Positions 29,406 to 38,843 of a stretch of 64,000 bases of DNA are shown piece after piece. This stretch comes from a virus. The notes beneath the pieces were generated by a model. The model saw only the letters and a list, made by a program, of their open reading frames with translations, ran no database searches and was not told the origin of the DNA. The stretch spans positions 1 to 64,000 of the IMG/VR virus record IMGVR_UViG_3300010413_000017. One strand, given 5' to 3'. The position numbers were made by a program, and so were the translations under genes. Every line of letters starts with the position of its first letter. Position 1 is the first letter of the stretch.

Positions 29406-30820
29406 GTGAGTAGATTCCTTTCCAAAGTCTGTGTTGTCATAAATTCAATGTGCTCCTTTGTATCACGCCCAAATCCATACTCTACTAGTCTTAGGTAGTA
29501 GGGGTTAGTGAAGTATGTTGTGAAAGCATAATCTCTAAACGCTAGAACATCTCTAGCCGCTAGTGTTTCTGTAGGTAGGGGTAACGTTTCTTTGGCGTAT
29601 TGGCTGTAGCCTTGCCACGTCTTGGGTAAGTCGAGCGCTTGCTCGACTGCTTGTAGATGGAGTTGGCTACCCGGGTAGGCCATCGCACAATAGAAATTAG
29701 CCCACTCAGAACATATGTACTGTGCCAAGTGGAGAGTTTGTAACATGGTGTCCCATGTATCTTGGGGAAAGCCGAACATCCAATTAGCATTAATACAAAT
29801 TCCTGCCTCGTGGGTTAGGTTAGACACCTCTACTATTTTGTTTGTCCAATTACCCGCGCTCTTTGTCTTTCCCGTTTCGTACGCTATTTTGTTGTTACCA
29901 GTTTCAAACCCGTAACACAGCCACTTAATTCCTATACTGCGTATGTTCTGTAGCATAGCGGAATCAACTGTATCAACACTTGCGTAGGCCCAGATGTTCA
30001 GTTCGTCAAGGTCAAACTTTTCTTGTTCAGCTTTATGTTTTACAGCGGCACAGATGTCACTGACATGTTTTTTGTTAAGGGTGAAGTTTTCATCTAGGAT
30101 GCGAATGTTGTAGATATCTTGCTTCACCCATTCAAAAAGCTCGTCCGCTACAACTTGGGGTGACTTGTACCTAACTTGCCTAGAACCCCTAAACATAGCA
30201 TGAATTACGCAGAAAGAGCATTTTCTCGGGCAACCCAAGGAGGTAAAGAGAACTCCGTATGGGCTTCTGTCATAAATGCGTCCAAAGCAGTGCCAGTTGT
30301 GGGCACGATATTCCACCAAGGGTAATAAATCCCACGCAGGACGTGGAAGCAGGTCCAGCTCAGGAAAGTTCTCGCTGTAGACGACTCCAGATAACTCATG
30401 GGCTTGGACTATAACATCGAATCCTTCTCCGACTATAACAGCGTCAGCGTTTGTTTTAAGAAGGGTTAGTTCTGGGAGTGCGGAGGGATGAAGCCCGTGA
30501 ATGATAGTTTTAATGCCATAATGAGTGAGAGGGAAGGAGATGTGTGGGACACTAACCATGCTTTGTGTGGAGGCAGAAGGATTGTGGCCACACACAGAAA
30601 TAACAACTGCTGTCGGTTTGAGTTCTAGGATTCTCCACAACAACTCGCTGTATGTTAGGTTCTCCACTTCATTGTCGATGAGAGCAACATCAACGCCTCT
30701 CTGACGACACTGGGCGGCAAGTAGAGCCGCCCAAATAGGAGGCTCTATGGCTGTTAGATTAAAATCATCTAAGACTCCGTACACTTGTTTTTTGCTTGAG
30801 GGTCTGACTATAACTATCAT
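29402..30820 (-). CDS. B12-binding radical SAM enzyme
   Basis: N-terminal cobalamin-binding region (HPSALPE, GEG); CPRKCSFC CxxxCxxC motif. Confidence 0.9.
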   Translation of the reverse strand: MIVIVRPSSKKQVYGVLDDFNLTAIEPPIWAALLAAQCRQRGVDVALIDNEVENLTYSELLWRILELKPTAVVISVCGHNPSASTQSMVSVPHISFPLTHYGIKTIIHGLHPSALPELTLLKTNADAVIVGEGFDVIVQAHELSGVVYSENFPELDLLPRPAWDLLPLVEYRAHNWHCFGRIYDRSPYGVLFTSLGCPRKCSFCVIHAMFRGSRQVRYKSPQVVADELFEWVKQDIYNIRILDENFTLNKKHVSDICAAVKHKAEQEKFDLDELNIWAYASVDTVDSAMLQNIRSIGIKWLCYGFETGNNKIAYETGKTKSAGNWTNKIVEVSNLTHEAGICINANWMFGFPQDTWDTMLQTLHLAQYICSEWANFYCAMAYPGSQLHLQAVEQALDLPKTWQGYSQYAKETLPLPTETLAARDVLAFRDYAFTTYFTNPYYLRLVEYGFGRDTKEHIEFMTTQTLERNLLT

Positions 30821-31864
30821 TTAACCTTCCTGAGTATCAGTTCTTTGGATGTTGTTCAGTTGTTCGAGTTTATTGAACAAATGTTCGTCGCCTATAATGG
30901 CGTCGGACATTGTTGGTCTAAGCCACTCAAATGGATACGATTCTAGGCTTTGGCTGTACATGTCAATCACCTGTTTAAGGTGCGGATAGCGTTCAACGAA
31001 CCTGTTAAGTAACAACGCTACTGTAGACAGCCACATCTCCTTGTCGTATATTTTTTCGGCTAGCGCTTCGGAAATACCATCTTGGACTAAGTACGGAACG
31101 ACGACTTCTTTCATGATGCCGAGAGAGTCAACATAATCGTGGGAAAACATCATGTCAAACAAACTCACATTCTGAATCCATGATTCCTTGGTATCAATCC
31201 GGTAGATGGCAAGCGTAGTCCTGTCTGATAGAGCGTCCTTAATCTTTCCGCTCATGACTGATATACAGCAGGGCAAAACTTCTCCGCCTAACCATCTGTT
31301 TGGCATTCTGTCGGCGTGTTCGAACATCGCTATCCACGTTGGTGTTCTGTGTACATAATATGTTGTACAGATACGTGCGCGAATGTATGAAGCGAAACGT
31401 TCCACAACAGAATCGGCCTCTACTTGTAGGCACGATGTATACTGAACTTGTGACCTATTTTGGTTTCCGACTTCTGTGCCTTTCACTCCGCTAGCGGCTG
31501 TATATTCCGGGTTGTGTTCTAGGAACTTTACGCACTCCATGACCCCGCTTTGAACAGCAATGTCGTCGTCTCCACAATACATAGCATAGTCTGTATTTAT
31601 GAGATTGTTCGCTTTTTTAACGGCGTCTCCGTCGTGCATTTGCTCTATGCACTTACATAGACGTATGTTCAGCCCGTTTGTGGAGGCAGACTGCACAAGC
31701 TCATCAACATCAGAGGCTTGTTCTGTGCTTGAGTCAGCTACAATCACATCGCCCTTAAACTCTGTACGTGTATAATAGTCAAGAGTTTTAGCTAACTTTG
31801 AGGCTCGTTCCTTTGTGGGGATGACGATTGTGACTTTTTTATCGAGAGTAGAGTCTTGCGTCAT
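30821..31864 (-). CDS. GT-A (TIGR04440-type) glycosyltransferase, copy 2
   Basis: VTIVIPTKER, IVADSS, YCGDDD and FLEHNPEY motifs. Confidence 0.8.
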   Translation of the reverse strand: MTQDSTLDKKVTIVIPTKERASKLAKTLDYYTRTEFKGDVIVADSSTEQASDVDELVQSASTNGLNIRLCKCIEQMHDGDAVKKANNLINTDYAMYCGDDDIAVQSGVMECVKFLEHNPEYTAASGVKGTEVGNQNRSQVQYTSCLQVEADSVVERFASYIRARICTTYYVHRTPTWIAMFEHADRMPNRWLGGEVLPCCISVMSGKIKDALSDRTTLAIYRIDTKESWIQNVSLFDMMFSHDYVDSLGIMKEVVVPYLVQDGISEALAEKIYDKEMWLSTVALLLNRFVERYPHLKQVIDMYSQSLESYPFEWLRPTMSDAIIGDEHLFNKLEQLNNIQRTDTQEG

Positions 31865-32748
31865 GATTCATAGCATAGAGCAAGGAGGCTCGCTTTGTCG
31901 AGACCGTAGTGCGAACGTAATTGCTCTCTTCCTCCGTAGTCATAGTTATACCCGGAAGCTCTTGTCACTTTGATGTGACGATACGGGGGAATTTTCAGCA
32001 CCGAAACAATGGGCTCATACAGGCCGCCGAAACTCTCCTCAAGAAGAATGTACGGAAATCGACATACTATCGGGTGGAAAATCCTGCCGAATTGTCTAAC
32101 GTCAAAAGGAAGAGAGAATACATCTACATAAGGTCTTCCGGTATCCTTGACAGAGTGAATAAGGTCACCTTGAGTTATAAAAAACGGACTCTTAACCCTT
32201 GCCTCCCAGTTGAAAAAGCTAAACCCACGTTCGAGTACGGGCAACTTCTCTGTATAGACAGGTTCGCGTGTAGCTCTGTCTAAACGAATGTAGGTAGGCC
32301 CACTCGAAACCCTAGCCAAAGCTTCAGCCATGACAGAGTCAGTCACAGTAATCACAGTCATGTTAGGAAGTGCGGACATAATGGCTACATCTTCTAAGGT
32401 GTGATGCGTTGGCCCCGAGTCCTCATAGCTGAAGCCTGCTCCTACACCTACTAAGGTTATAGGAAGGTTGTGTGCACATGGACCCAACTTTACCTGTTCA
32501 TAACAGCGCAGAGAGATGAAAGGGGCGATTGCGTACACAAAGACCTTTTTCCCTAACTTGGCCAAACCTGTAGCAATACTAACAGCATTGGCCTCGGCTA
32601 TTCCGACGTTTAAGTACTGGCTAGGTAGGTCGAGTCTCCATTGGTCGAGAGAGGGTGCCCCCATGTCAGCCGAGACCAGCACGATGTTCCTGTCTTGTTT
32701 GGCAAGTAAAAAGAGCGCGTTGAAGAAAGCATCACGTTGGGAAATCAC
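31861..32748 (-). CDS. Transketolase C-terminal (pyrimidine-binding) subunit
   Basis: RDAF, NVGIAE, RCYEQ, GPTHHTLED and GPTYIRL motifs. Confidence 0.9.
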   Translation of the reverse strand: MISQRDAFFNALFLLAKQDRNIVLVSADMGAPSLDQWRLDLPSQYLNVGIAEANAVSIATGLAKLGKKVFVYAIAPFISLRCYEQVKLGPCAHNLPITLVGVGAGFSYEDSGPTHHTLEDVAIMSALPNMTVITVTDSVMAEALARVSSGPTYIRLDRATREPVYTEKLPVLERGFSFFNWEARVKSPFFITQGDLIHSVKDTGRPYVDVFSLPFDVRQFGRIFHPIVCRFPYILLEESFGGLYEPIVSVLKIPPYRHIKVTRASGYNYDYGGREQLRSHYGLDKASLLALCYES

Positions 32749-33740
32749 TCAGTTTCCTCCTCAAGTTCCCATCCTAACTTAGTTAGCACAGTTGTCCACC
32801 AATGATGAGCTGTGTACTTGTGATGGGCCAGTCCGTGCCCGTTCGTTGCCACCATAATACGCTCCCCTGGAAGAGCGAGGAAGTAATGAAGTTGCTCAGC
32901 TAGGTCGTCGTAATCGGGCTCATCTCCGTTCATTTTGTATGTGATGTAGTGAACCTTTGGAACAAACCAGCGGTTAATTTGTGATGTCTCCGCCGCTACT
33001 AGAAGCGCTCCGCATAGTGTTGTTTCCCAAGCTCTACCCTTATGAAGGACAGGGGTGAAATCCAACATGATTTGGCTTTGGCGAAACTGCTCTGCATAGG
33101 CTTCTCTAGACAGGGCGTCCTCCTTTTGTCCCCCGGCATGTGTGACTTCAATACCTCGCTTGCCAAGCTCCTCCAAAGCCTTGACTCGCTCGGGTCTGTT
33201 GTCCAACCTTCCAGCATGGGCAACTCTGACAGGGCGTTCAGAGCGCGGATCGCCATAATACAACCTAGGACTTTGTGGTGTCCACAGTGGCATTATTTTG
33301 TCCGGAGCGCTCTCGAACGAATAGTCGATTGTCAAGTGCAAATCTATTACGTTGTAAAGAACCTGAATCATTTGTTGGCTCACTGTCCACGCCGAGTCCC
33401 ACCATACCGCACATATTTTGACATTCGGATTTATCCGTTTAAGTCTGTCAAAAGTTCTTACACTTGGGTTGAACGGGCCGAAGAAGTCTGTAGGAGCACT
33501 TGGGCTGACTAACCAAGTCCAAACAACAACATCTATACCCTCAGCTACCAGTGTGAGCAACTCCTCAGTCGCTACTTCGGCGTGGGTTTGAAACCATTGG
33601 TCTGGGTGAAGAATAGCAATTGTTTCGGCTAGACCTGTAGTATCAAGTGAATCGAACAGATTATGGTAAGAGTTTGTTAGACCAAACTCAGGATTATTCG
33701 ACGGCCATTTTTCAGTAACAAACAGAACTCTAGGTTTCAT
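32745..33740 (-). CDS. GT-B glycosyltransferase (CgeB/Glyco_trans_1_2-like)
   Basis: AGRLDNRPERV, KGRAWE..LCGALL and WF.P..HYI.Y motifs; ATG 33740 has an AGGAGG RBS. Confidence 0.7.
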   Translation of the reverse strand: MKPRVLFVTEKWPSNNPEFGLTNSYHNLFDSLDTTGLAETIAILHPDQWFQTHAEVATEELLTLVAEGIDVVVWTWLVSPSAPTDFFGPFNPSVRTFDRLKRINPNVKICAVWWDSAWTVSQQMIQVLYNVIDLHLTIDYSFESAPDKIMPLWTPQSPRLYYGDPRSERPVRVAHAGRLDNRPERVKALEELGKRGIEVTHAGGQKEDALSREAYAEQFRQSQIMLDFTPVLHKGRAWETTLCGALLVAAETSQINRWFVPKVHYITYKMNGDEPDYDDLAEQLHYFLALPGERIMVATNGHGLAHHKYTAHHWWTTVLTKLGWELEEETE

Positions 33741-33747
33741 GCTCCTC

Positions 33748-34176
33748 CTAGTTAAATGTATAGAATGTAACGCCCCCCAATACTTCTTGGCAGATTGCTT
33801 CACTCAAGGGCTTTTCCCAAACTTCTCCTTTTCCGTGGATAAAAACTTGAAGGGAGACAATGCATTGAAGTATCAGTGAAATAGGATAAGTAATATAGTA
33901 AATGATTCTTGACGAGTCCTTAAGTGAAGCCTTAGATAATCTCCAAATTAGTGCTAAGTTGTGGGCACCGTAGACACAAACCTTGTCTGGGGCAAGGGCC
34001 GCAACAGTGGCAAAGGCTCCGTCGTCCCAGTATCTAATCGCAACATGACCACATCGGCATGAACCGACCTGCGTCTCGACTTGTTCATCAACTACGTTGT
34101 CCCCATCATATTTGTGAGTATGACAAACCTTACTCAAAACAAGACTGCGGCAAATCTGACAATAAGCTACTTTCAT
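33748..34176 (-). CDS. Hypothetical Cys-containing protein
   Basis: CxxC...CxCG motifs; ATGA overlap with the upstream gene. Confidence 0.5.
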   Translation of the reverse strand: MKVAYCQICRSLVLSKVCHTHKYDGDNVVDEQVETQVGSCRCGHVAIRYWDDGAFATVAALAPDKVCVYGAHNLALIWRLSKASLKDSSRIIYYITYPISLILQCIVSLQVFIHGKGEVWEKPLSEAICQEVLGGVTFYTFN

Positions 34177-34799
34177 AGCGTAACAAGTACTCCGTTATGT
34201 ACGTCAGAAGCTCCTTGTAAAACGACTTCAGGTTGTGGGGCTAAAGAAGCTTTACTCCGTACCCATATACCGTCTACGCCGTCCCAACCCACAGCAGAAA
34301 AACCTTCGTTTTTCAAAACATTCCAAGCATAACCGTTTTCTTTATAGTTAAAGTCCCCTCCGATAATCTCAAAGACAGGATAGCGGGTTGGAAGGCTGTC
34401 TAAAAACGATAACGTTTTCTGTATCTGTTCTAAGTGTTGCGAGTGGCCGAGATGAACAGAAACAGCCTTTATCCCTCCGTTAAGGCACGCCCCAAGGATA
34501 CTCCTGCGCCATCCGTTAGCATCGGGATAACCCAATACGTATTCGTCCCAGTGCATAATTTTAAACTTACTTAATATCCCTAGTTTCCAACCCCCCCAAA
34601 ACCGCTTTTCCATTCTGATAGTACGACAGTCCCATCCTGTACTTATTGATTCGATGGAGTCCCACCCGAATAGACCCACTCCCTCTTGGAGAAGAGCGAT
34701 GTCCACTCCTCGTGCAAGCATAAGATTTCGTGTTTTCCCTGTGCTTCCATGCTTGATTACGCCTACTAAATGCGCCATATTGAAAGTTAGTATCTTCAT
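34173..34799 (-). CDS. Endonuclease/exonuclease/phosphatase (EEP) family protein
   Basis: ILTFN, DIALLQE, GILSK, SVHL, GGDFN, DGIW and SDVH motifs. Confidence 0.85.
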   Translation of the reverse strand: MKILTFNMAHLVGVIKHGSTGKTRNLMLARGVDIALLQEGVGLFGWDSIESISTGWDCRTIRMEKRFWGGWKLGILSKFKIMHWDEYVLGYPDANGWRRSILGACLNGGIKAVSVHLGHSQHLEQIQKTLSFLDSLPTRYPVFEIIGGDFNYKENGYAWNVLKNEGFSAVGWDGVDGIWVRSKASLAPQPEVVLQGASDVHNGVLVTL

Positions 34800-34891
34800 T
34801 TTTTCTTCCTTTTGCGTCTGTGTCTACGTCTGCGTTGAGCCCTGCGCTTTTTGCTACCTTGTTTGCGTCTTCCTTTACCTCTTTTTCTCAT
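34796..34891 (-). CDS. 31-aa protamine-like Arg/Lys-rich peptide
   Basis: MRKRGKGRRKQGSKKRRAQRRRRHRRKRKKK; ATGA overlaps with both neighbouring genes. Confidence 0.6.
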   Translation of the reverse strand: MRKRGKGRRKQGSKKRRAQRRRRHRRKRKKK

Positions 34892-35334
34892 TGGCTGGAC
34901 TCTCTGCGAAGTTGCATGAGTAGAGTGCCTAGTACATTTTTGCCCTCTACATCTTTACACTTAGCACATACACAATTCCCCCAAAAATTGTCATGCCAAG
35001 TATTACCTTCAATAAGGGTAGCCGAGTTTGTAGCAAGTAATTGTTTCTTAAGTTTGGGTAGCCAGAATTTAGATTTTAAAATTTGGTACATAATATCGAC
35101 TTTGATGTTGTCCCAATCTGGACGTAGGGTAACAGACCGCCCTATTCGTTTAGCCTTGGCGGGAGTTGGGGCGGCAATAATCCAAGCGCGTTCTGACCAG
35201 TTATTTGTTTTCGCCGCTTGATAGGCATGTTCAACTGACGGATAAACAATACCTTGGAACAACACCTCGCACTCGTAGAAGTTACTCAAAAACCTATACT
35301 TGCCAGTAAATGACGCTATGACTTTATCCGTCAA
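34888..35334 (-). CDS. NADAR (YbiA-like) family protein
   Basis: FLSNFY, YPSVEHAYQAAK, LRPDW, EGNTWHDNFWG and GKNVLG.LLM motifs. Confidence 0.92.
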   Translation of the reverse strand: MTDKVIASFTGKYRFLSNFYECEVLFQGIVYPSVEHAYQAAKTNNWSERAWIIAAPTPAKAKRIGRSVTLRPDWDNIKVDIMYQILKSKFWLPKLKKQLLATNSATLIEGNTWHDNFWGNCVCAKCKDVEGKNVLGTLLMQLRRESSQ

Positions 35335-35536
35335 CAGACCGTTCTCCTATAAGCGAAATAGCGAATGTACCGAAACATTCCAGACAGGCTACTTTGAGGT
35401 CAACAGTACATTCGCTGTGCTTGAGGGTGTAGTCTCCATCAATGATACGTAGATAACCTTGGCATGTTGGGCAACTAGGCACGTGCTCTTTTAGGTGGTT
35501 CATCTCTGTAGTGCTTAACGTTGATATCTTAGGCAT
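35324..35536 (-). CDS. Small Zn-ribbon hypothetical protein
   Basis: CPTC...CLEC. Confidence 0.5.
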   Translation of the reverse strand: MPKISTLSTTEMNHLKEHVPSCPTCQGYLRIIDGDYTLKHSECTVDLKVACLECFGTFAISLIGERSVDG

Positions 35537-35721
35537 TACCTGTCAGTTACTCCCTTTTGGTAGAAGGACGGTTCACCCAAGAGACTAGCAGTGAGTGATA
35601 GAGCGTCAACTAAGTTCTTGGCTTCCTCTTTGTGCACATGCCCGTCAAGGGAGTACTGATAGGAGACGCAGTACTTCCCTTCTCTACGTTCAATACAGAC
35701 ATTCATGGGCTGAAGTGCCAT
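35536..35721 (-). CDS. Hypothetical protein
   Basis: ORF in operon order. Confidence 0.45.
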   Translation of the reverse strand: MALQPMNVCIERREGKYCVSYQYSLDGHVHKEEAKNLVDALSLTASLLGEPSFYQKGVTDR

Positions 35722-35724
35722 ATA

Positions 35725-36501
35725 CTATACCTCTAACCAACCACTCCTTAAAACAGCCCAGAAGTCGCTACACTGGTTGTTTTCAAAGTACCAGTTAGGT
35801 ATATATCCATATCCACGGTCGCCCCATCCTGTCCCCCAAGAATTGCGAATGATAATGTGCTCGGAGTCGTAGCCGATAGCTGAGACTGCGTGGCCTCCGA
35901 CTGTGCGTTCTCCTGCTTTCGGAACAGGAATTATCCCGGCTGACCCTACAGAGTCGATGCTTTCGTAACATGTGAACCCAAACGCTACAGGAAGACTGAT
36001 GCGCAAAAAGGACTTAATGTGTTCTAAGGTTTCAAGCTTCACGTAGAACAGCCCTTTGTACGTTTGAGCCAGCGAATAGGCATCTGAGGGCGGTTCATCG
36101 TCGTAACGGGCAATATCGTATGGCCAAATCCATTCAGGAGGACAACCGAAAGCGGCTAGGGCTTTGATAGTTGTTCGAATTTCGCAACCTGTGTCTCCTA
36201 CTAGAACTTCACCTTGAGCTTTAAAATACAATTTTCGAGAAGCTCTGTATAGGAAAAGTCTGGAGTGGTCAATATAGTTACCATGTGTTTTACGTTCAAG
36301 ATATTCAACGATACCCACCACCGCTTGCGCGGTACACGAGCCGAGCTGTCCTTGGTCTTCAATAGGCGAAAAAAATCCTGTTTCTCGAAGATCAACCCGC
36401 TCGGGACGATAGCCAGCCCGCAACAGCGGGGCTGTTGTAGTGTGACCAACAGCCCCGAAGTCGCGAAAATCCGGTTTGTCTGGAATCCAACCAAACTTCA
36501 T
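35725..36501 (-). CDS. Papain-like (C1) cysteine peptidase
   Basis: QGQLGSCTA (Q/C), GGHAV (H) and IRNSWG (N) catalytic motifs. Confidence 0.92.
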   Translation of the reverse strand: MKFGWIPDKPDFRDFGAVGHTTTAPLLRAGYRPERVDLRETGFFSPIEDQGQLGSCTAQAVVGIVEYLERKTHGNYIDHSRLFLYRASRKLYFKAQGEVLVGDTGCEIRTTIKALAAFGCPPEWIWPYDIARYDDEPPSDAYSLAQTYKGLFYVKLETLEHIKSFLRISLPVAFGFTCYESIDSVGSAGIIPVPKAGERTVGGHAVSAIGYDSEHIIIRNSWGTGWGDRGYGYIPNWYFENNQCSDFWAVLRSGWLEV

Positions 36502-36899
36502 TTGCTTTTCTCCGCCCTTGCCATCTTCATCGCTTTAGTAGTAACAGCTGTCATCGCCTCAGCCTGTACTTCCAACACACCTAAGGCTTCCAGCTCAGGG
36601 CAAGCAACCTCGTAGACGAGATGATAAGCCGCTTCCATTACCACTGTTGCTATGCTGATAGCTCCAGTTAACGCTACAACAACAACAGCATTCGTACTCT
36701 CGTCAAGTAGAGCAGTTAACGTGTCAATTGTTAATTTAGCATTGTGCATGATTACCTTAGCTTGCGTTTTTACATGCAGTGCCGTTTCTTGATTTTCACA
36801 CACAACTGTGACAGGTTTCTTTATCCAAGACGGACACGCAGGAAGAAAACACAAGCTCGCCACAACCAAACACGCCATGTACTTCTTAATTCCGTTCAT
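36498..36899 (-). CDS. Putative lipoprotein
   Basis: Basic N-terminus, hydrophobic stretch, LPAC lipobox-like site. Confidence 0.5.
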   Translation of the reverse strand: MNGIKKYMACLVVASLCFLPACPSWIKKPVTVVCENQETALHVKTQAKVIMHNAKLTIDTLTALLDESTNAVVVVALTGAISIATVVMEAAYHLVYEVACPELEALGVLEVQAEAMTAVTTKAMKMARAEKSK

Positions 36900-37120
36900 T
36901 TGTTCTCCTTGCTGAGTTTAAGGTTAAACTGTTTGATGGGTCGGGCTGTCTTCAGATTGCGTACAAGTACCATACCTATCATAGCAATCAATCCTACCAC
37001 GCCGTTAGGGAGAGTCGAACCAGTTAACCAGTTAATCAGTTCAACAACTCCACCTCCAAAGGCTATCCAGTTTTCGTAGGAAGTCCACCAGTCCTTTGGG
37101 TCACCTATTATATTACTCAT
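36896..37120 (-). CDS. Holin-like small membrane protein
   Basis: 'KDWWTS...W' start, two hydrophobic segments, basic tail with 'T..PI'. Confidence 0.55.
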   Translation of the reverse strand: MSNIIGDPKDWWTSYENWIAFGGGVVELINWLTGSTLPNGVVGLIAMIGMVLVRNLKTARPIKQFNLKLSKENK

Positions 37121-37141
37121 GTTAATTTTCTCCTGTTAACG

Positions 37142-37804
37142 TCATGTCTTGACTTTTTGTTTGTACCAAAGAGTAGAGTCTTCTACTCGGTCGTATTTCC
37201 CTTTGAATACTTCATGTACCGCTTTAATAATTCCCGGGTGGAGCGAGTGCTTGCCAGAATACTCCTGTTCAATCTCTTCGTCCACTTCTTTTCTCTTTTC
37301 TGGGTAATCGTAAAGCAGATTTCTACCGCAAATTATACCTTTGTTTTTTAGCTTCTTCCAAGACTCTTTGAGGGCAAATTTCATAGGCTCATATCTGTTG
37401 TCAGCGTCTATGAAGATAAAATCAAAGAAGTTAGCTGGAAGAATAGTAGTAGCCTGCTCAAGCGATGTGGCTATAAGACTAACTGCTGATTGCCAAGCAT
37501 GTATCATCTTCATGTTGCGTACAAAAATGGCTTGGATGTCGGCGTGCTCAGCCACCTTTGCACTTGCTGTATTCGGTGAGCCTAGAAAATGATCAACGCA
37601 CCAAACCACGCCTCTTTCTTGAACTGTCACGATGGACAGACAGGCTGTCGATTTACCTTTCCAGGGTCCTATTTCTAAGAAGTTGCACTTAGGTTTAGTT
37701 GCCTTTTTAGCCAACTGTATGAGCGCTAGTGCATCCTTGTCTGTTAGGTTGCCGTCGTGAATGTCAAATGCTTGTAATTGTTTTAAGAACTCTTCAGGTT
37801 TCAC
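37142..37804 (-). CDS. Class I SAM-dependent methyltransferase (Methyltransf_24-like)
   Basis: LEIGPWKGKST, CVDHF.GS and FDFIFIDAD motifs. Confidence 0.85.
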   Translation of the reverse strand: MKPEEFLKQLQAFDIHDGNLTDKDALALIQLAKKATKPKCNFLEIGPWKGKSTACLSIVTVQERGVVWCVDHFLGSPNTASAKVAEHADIQAIFVRNMKMIHAWQSAVSLIATSLEQATTILPANFFDFIFIDADNRYEPMKFALKESWKKLKNKGIICGRNLLYDYPEKRKEVDEEIEQEYSGKHSLHPGIIKAVHEVFKGKYDRVEDSTLWYKQKVKT

Positions 37805-37849
37805 GTTTTATTTCCCACTTGGATTTTTACTGTTGAAGTACACCATGGC

Positions 37850-38002
37850 TTACCAGTTGAACCAACCTCCGCCTGACGGTCCAGGCGGGCCTTGAATTCC
37901 GGGTGGACCTTGAGGCCCGGGTGGACCTTGAGGCCCGGGCGGACAACTACAGCATCCGCCCAACATTAAAAACACCAGAATAACAGTGCACAGTTTATAC
38001 AC
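37850..38002 (-). CDS. Small collagen-like lipoprotein
   Basis: GGAGG RBS, GTG 38002, MYKLCTVILVFLMLGG|C lipobox, then GPQGPPGPQGPPGIQGPPGPS. Confidence 0.55.
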   Translation of the reverse strand: MYKLCTVILVFLMLGGCCSCPPGPQGPPGPQGPPGIQGPPGPSGGGWFNW

Positions 38003-38843
38003 CGGTGAAATAAGCCTCCCTAAAAATGTGGACGCCGCCTTGCAACGGCCTGTTGGCATAGTCCTTCCATCGTTGGTTGTCGAACTCTTGGCCTGCGGCA
38101 AGAAAAAGATTAGCAGGCCAATCGTTAGTTCTAGGTAACTGAAGAGCATCAGCATGTGGATAAACAATGTTTTGAAGCCACCCTAGGATTCCTGTCATGG
38201 GTCTATACGGCCAGCGATGTGGGTATTTAGAATAATAGAAAAGCCACAGCAGTGGACTTTCTAAGCGTTTTATTAGGGGCGAGTTTAATAGCTGACACGC
38301 CCTCAACATCGGTGCCAAAGAGAAGTAACTATACCAGATGCCTGAATTTGTACGTTTTATTTCATGTGTCATTACACCTACTGAGTCCCACGACTGGTCC
38401 ATGTGATCAGCAAGTCGAGCTTCATGCCTTTTACAGTTCCTGTTTAGGATTTTGTCGGATAGGATACAACCTAGAATCCCCCATGAACCGTGATTGTTGT
38501 TTTTCCAGTATGATTGTTCGGCACATTCGCGGTAGATAATATCAACCCACGGAAGGAACACGCCGCTGTTCCAACTTTCCGGGTCTAAGTTGAGATAAGT
38601 CTCTAAGAAGAGATGCCCGATAAACGTCATAGTGAACTTTGCTTCTTTGTTAACGACCTCGCTACATTGAAGTGCCCAGTCAAGTAAAATTGTTGATGCT
38701 ACCTTTTCATTCATCCCCCCTGATTGTTTCGATGCGTCATAAGCGGTGTGGGCGTCAACACGTAGCGGCTCCACATCCCTGTCATGTTGTGTATTATCTT
38801 TATAGTAGGGCGTAACATAAAAAGAACTCGGAACATGCATCAT
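37995..38843 (-). CDS. Alginate-lyase-like polysaccharide lyase
   Basis: NNHGSW catalytic motif and E..R...G.WY..F.L.P segment. Confidence 0.65.
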   Translation of the reverse strand: MMHVPSSFYVTPYYKDNTQHDRDVEPLRVDAHTAYDASKQSGGMNEKVASTILLDWALQCSEVVNKEAKFTMTFIGHLFLETYLNLDPESWNSGVFLPWVDIIYRECAEQSYWKNNNHGSWGILGCILSDKILNRNCKRHEARLADHMDQSWDSVGVMTHEIKRTNSGIWYSYFSLAPMLRACQLLNSPLIKRLESPLLWLFYYSKYPHRWPYRPMTGILGWLQNIVYPHADALQLPRTNDWPANLFLAAGQEFDNQRWKDYANRPLQGGVHIFREAYFTGV

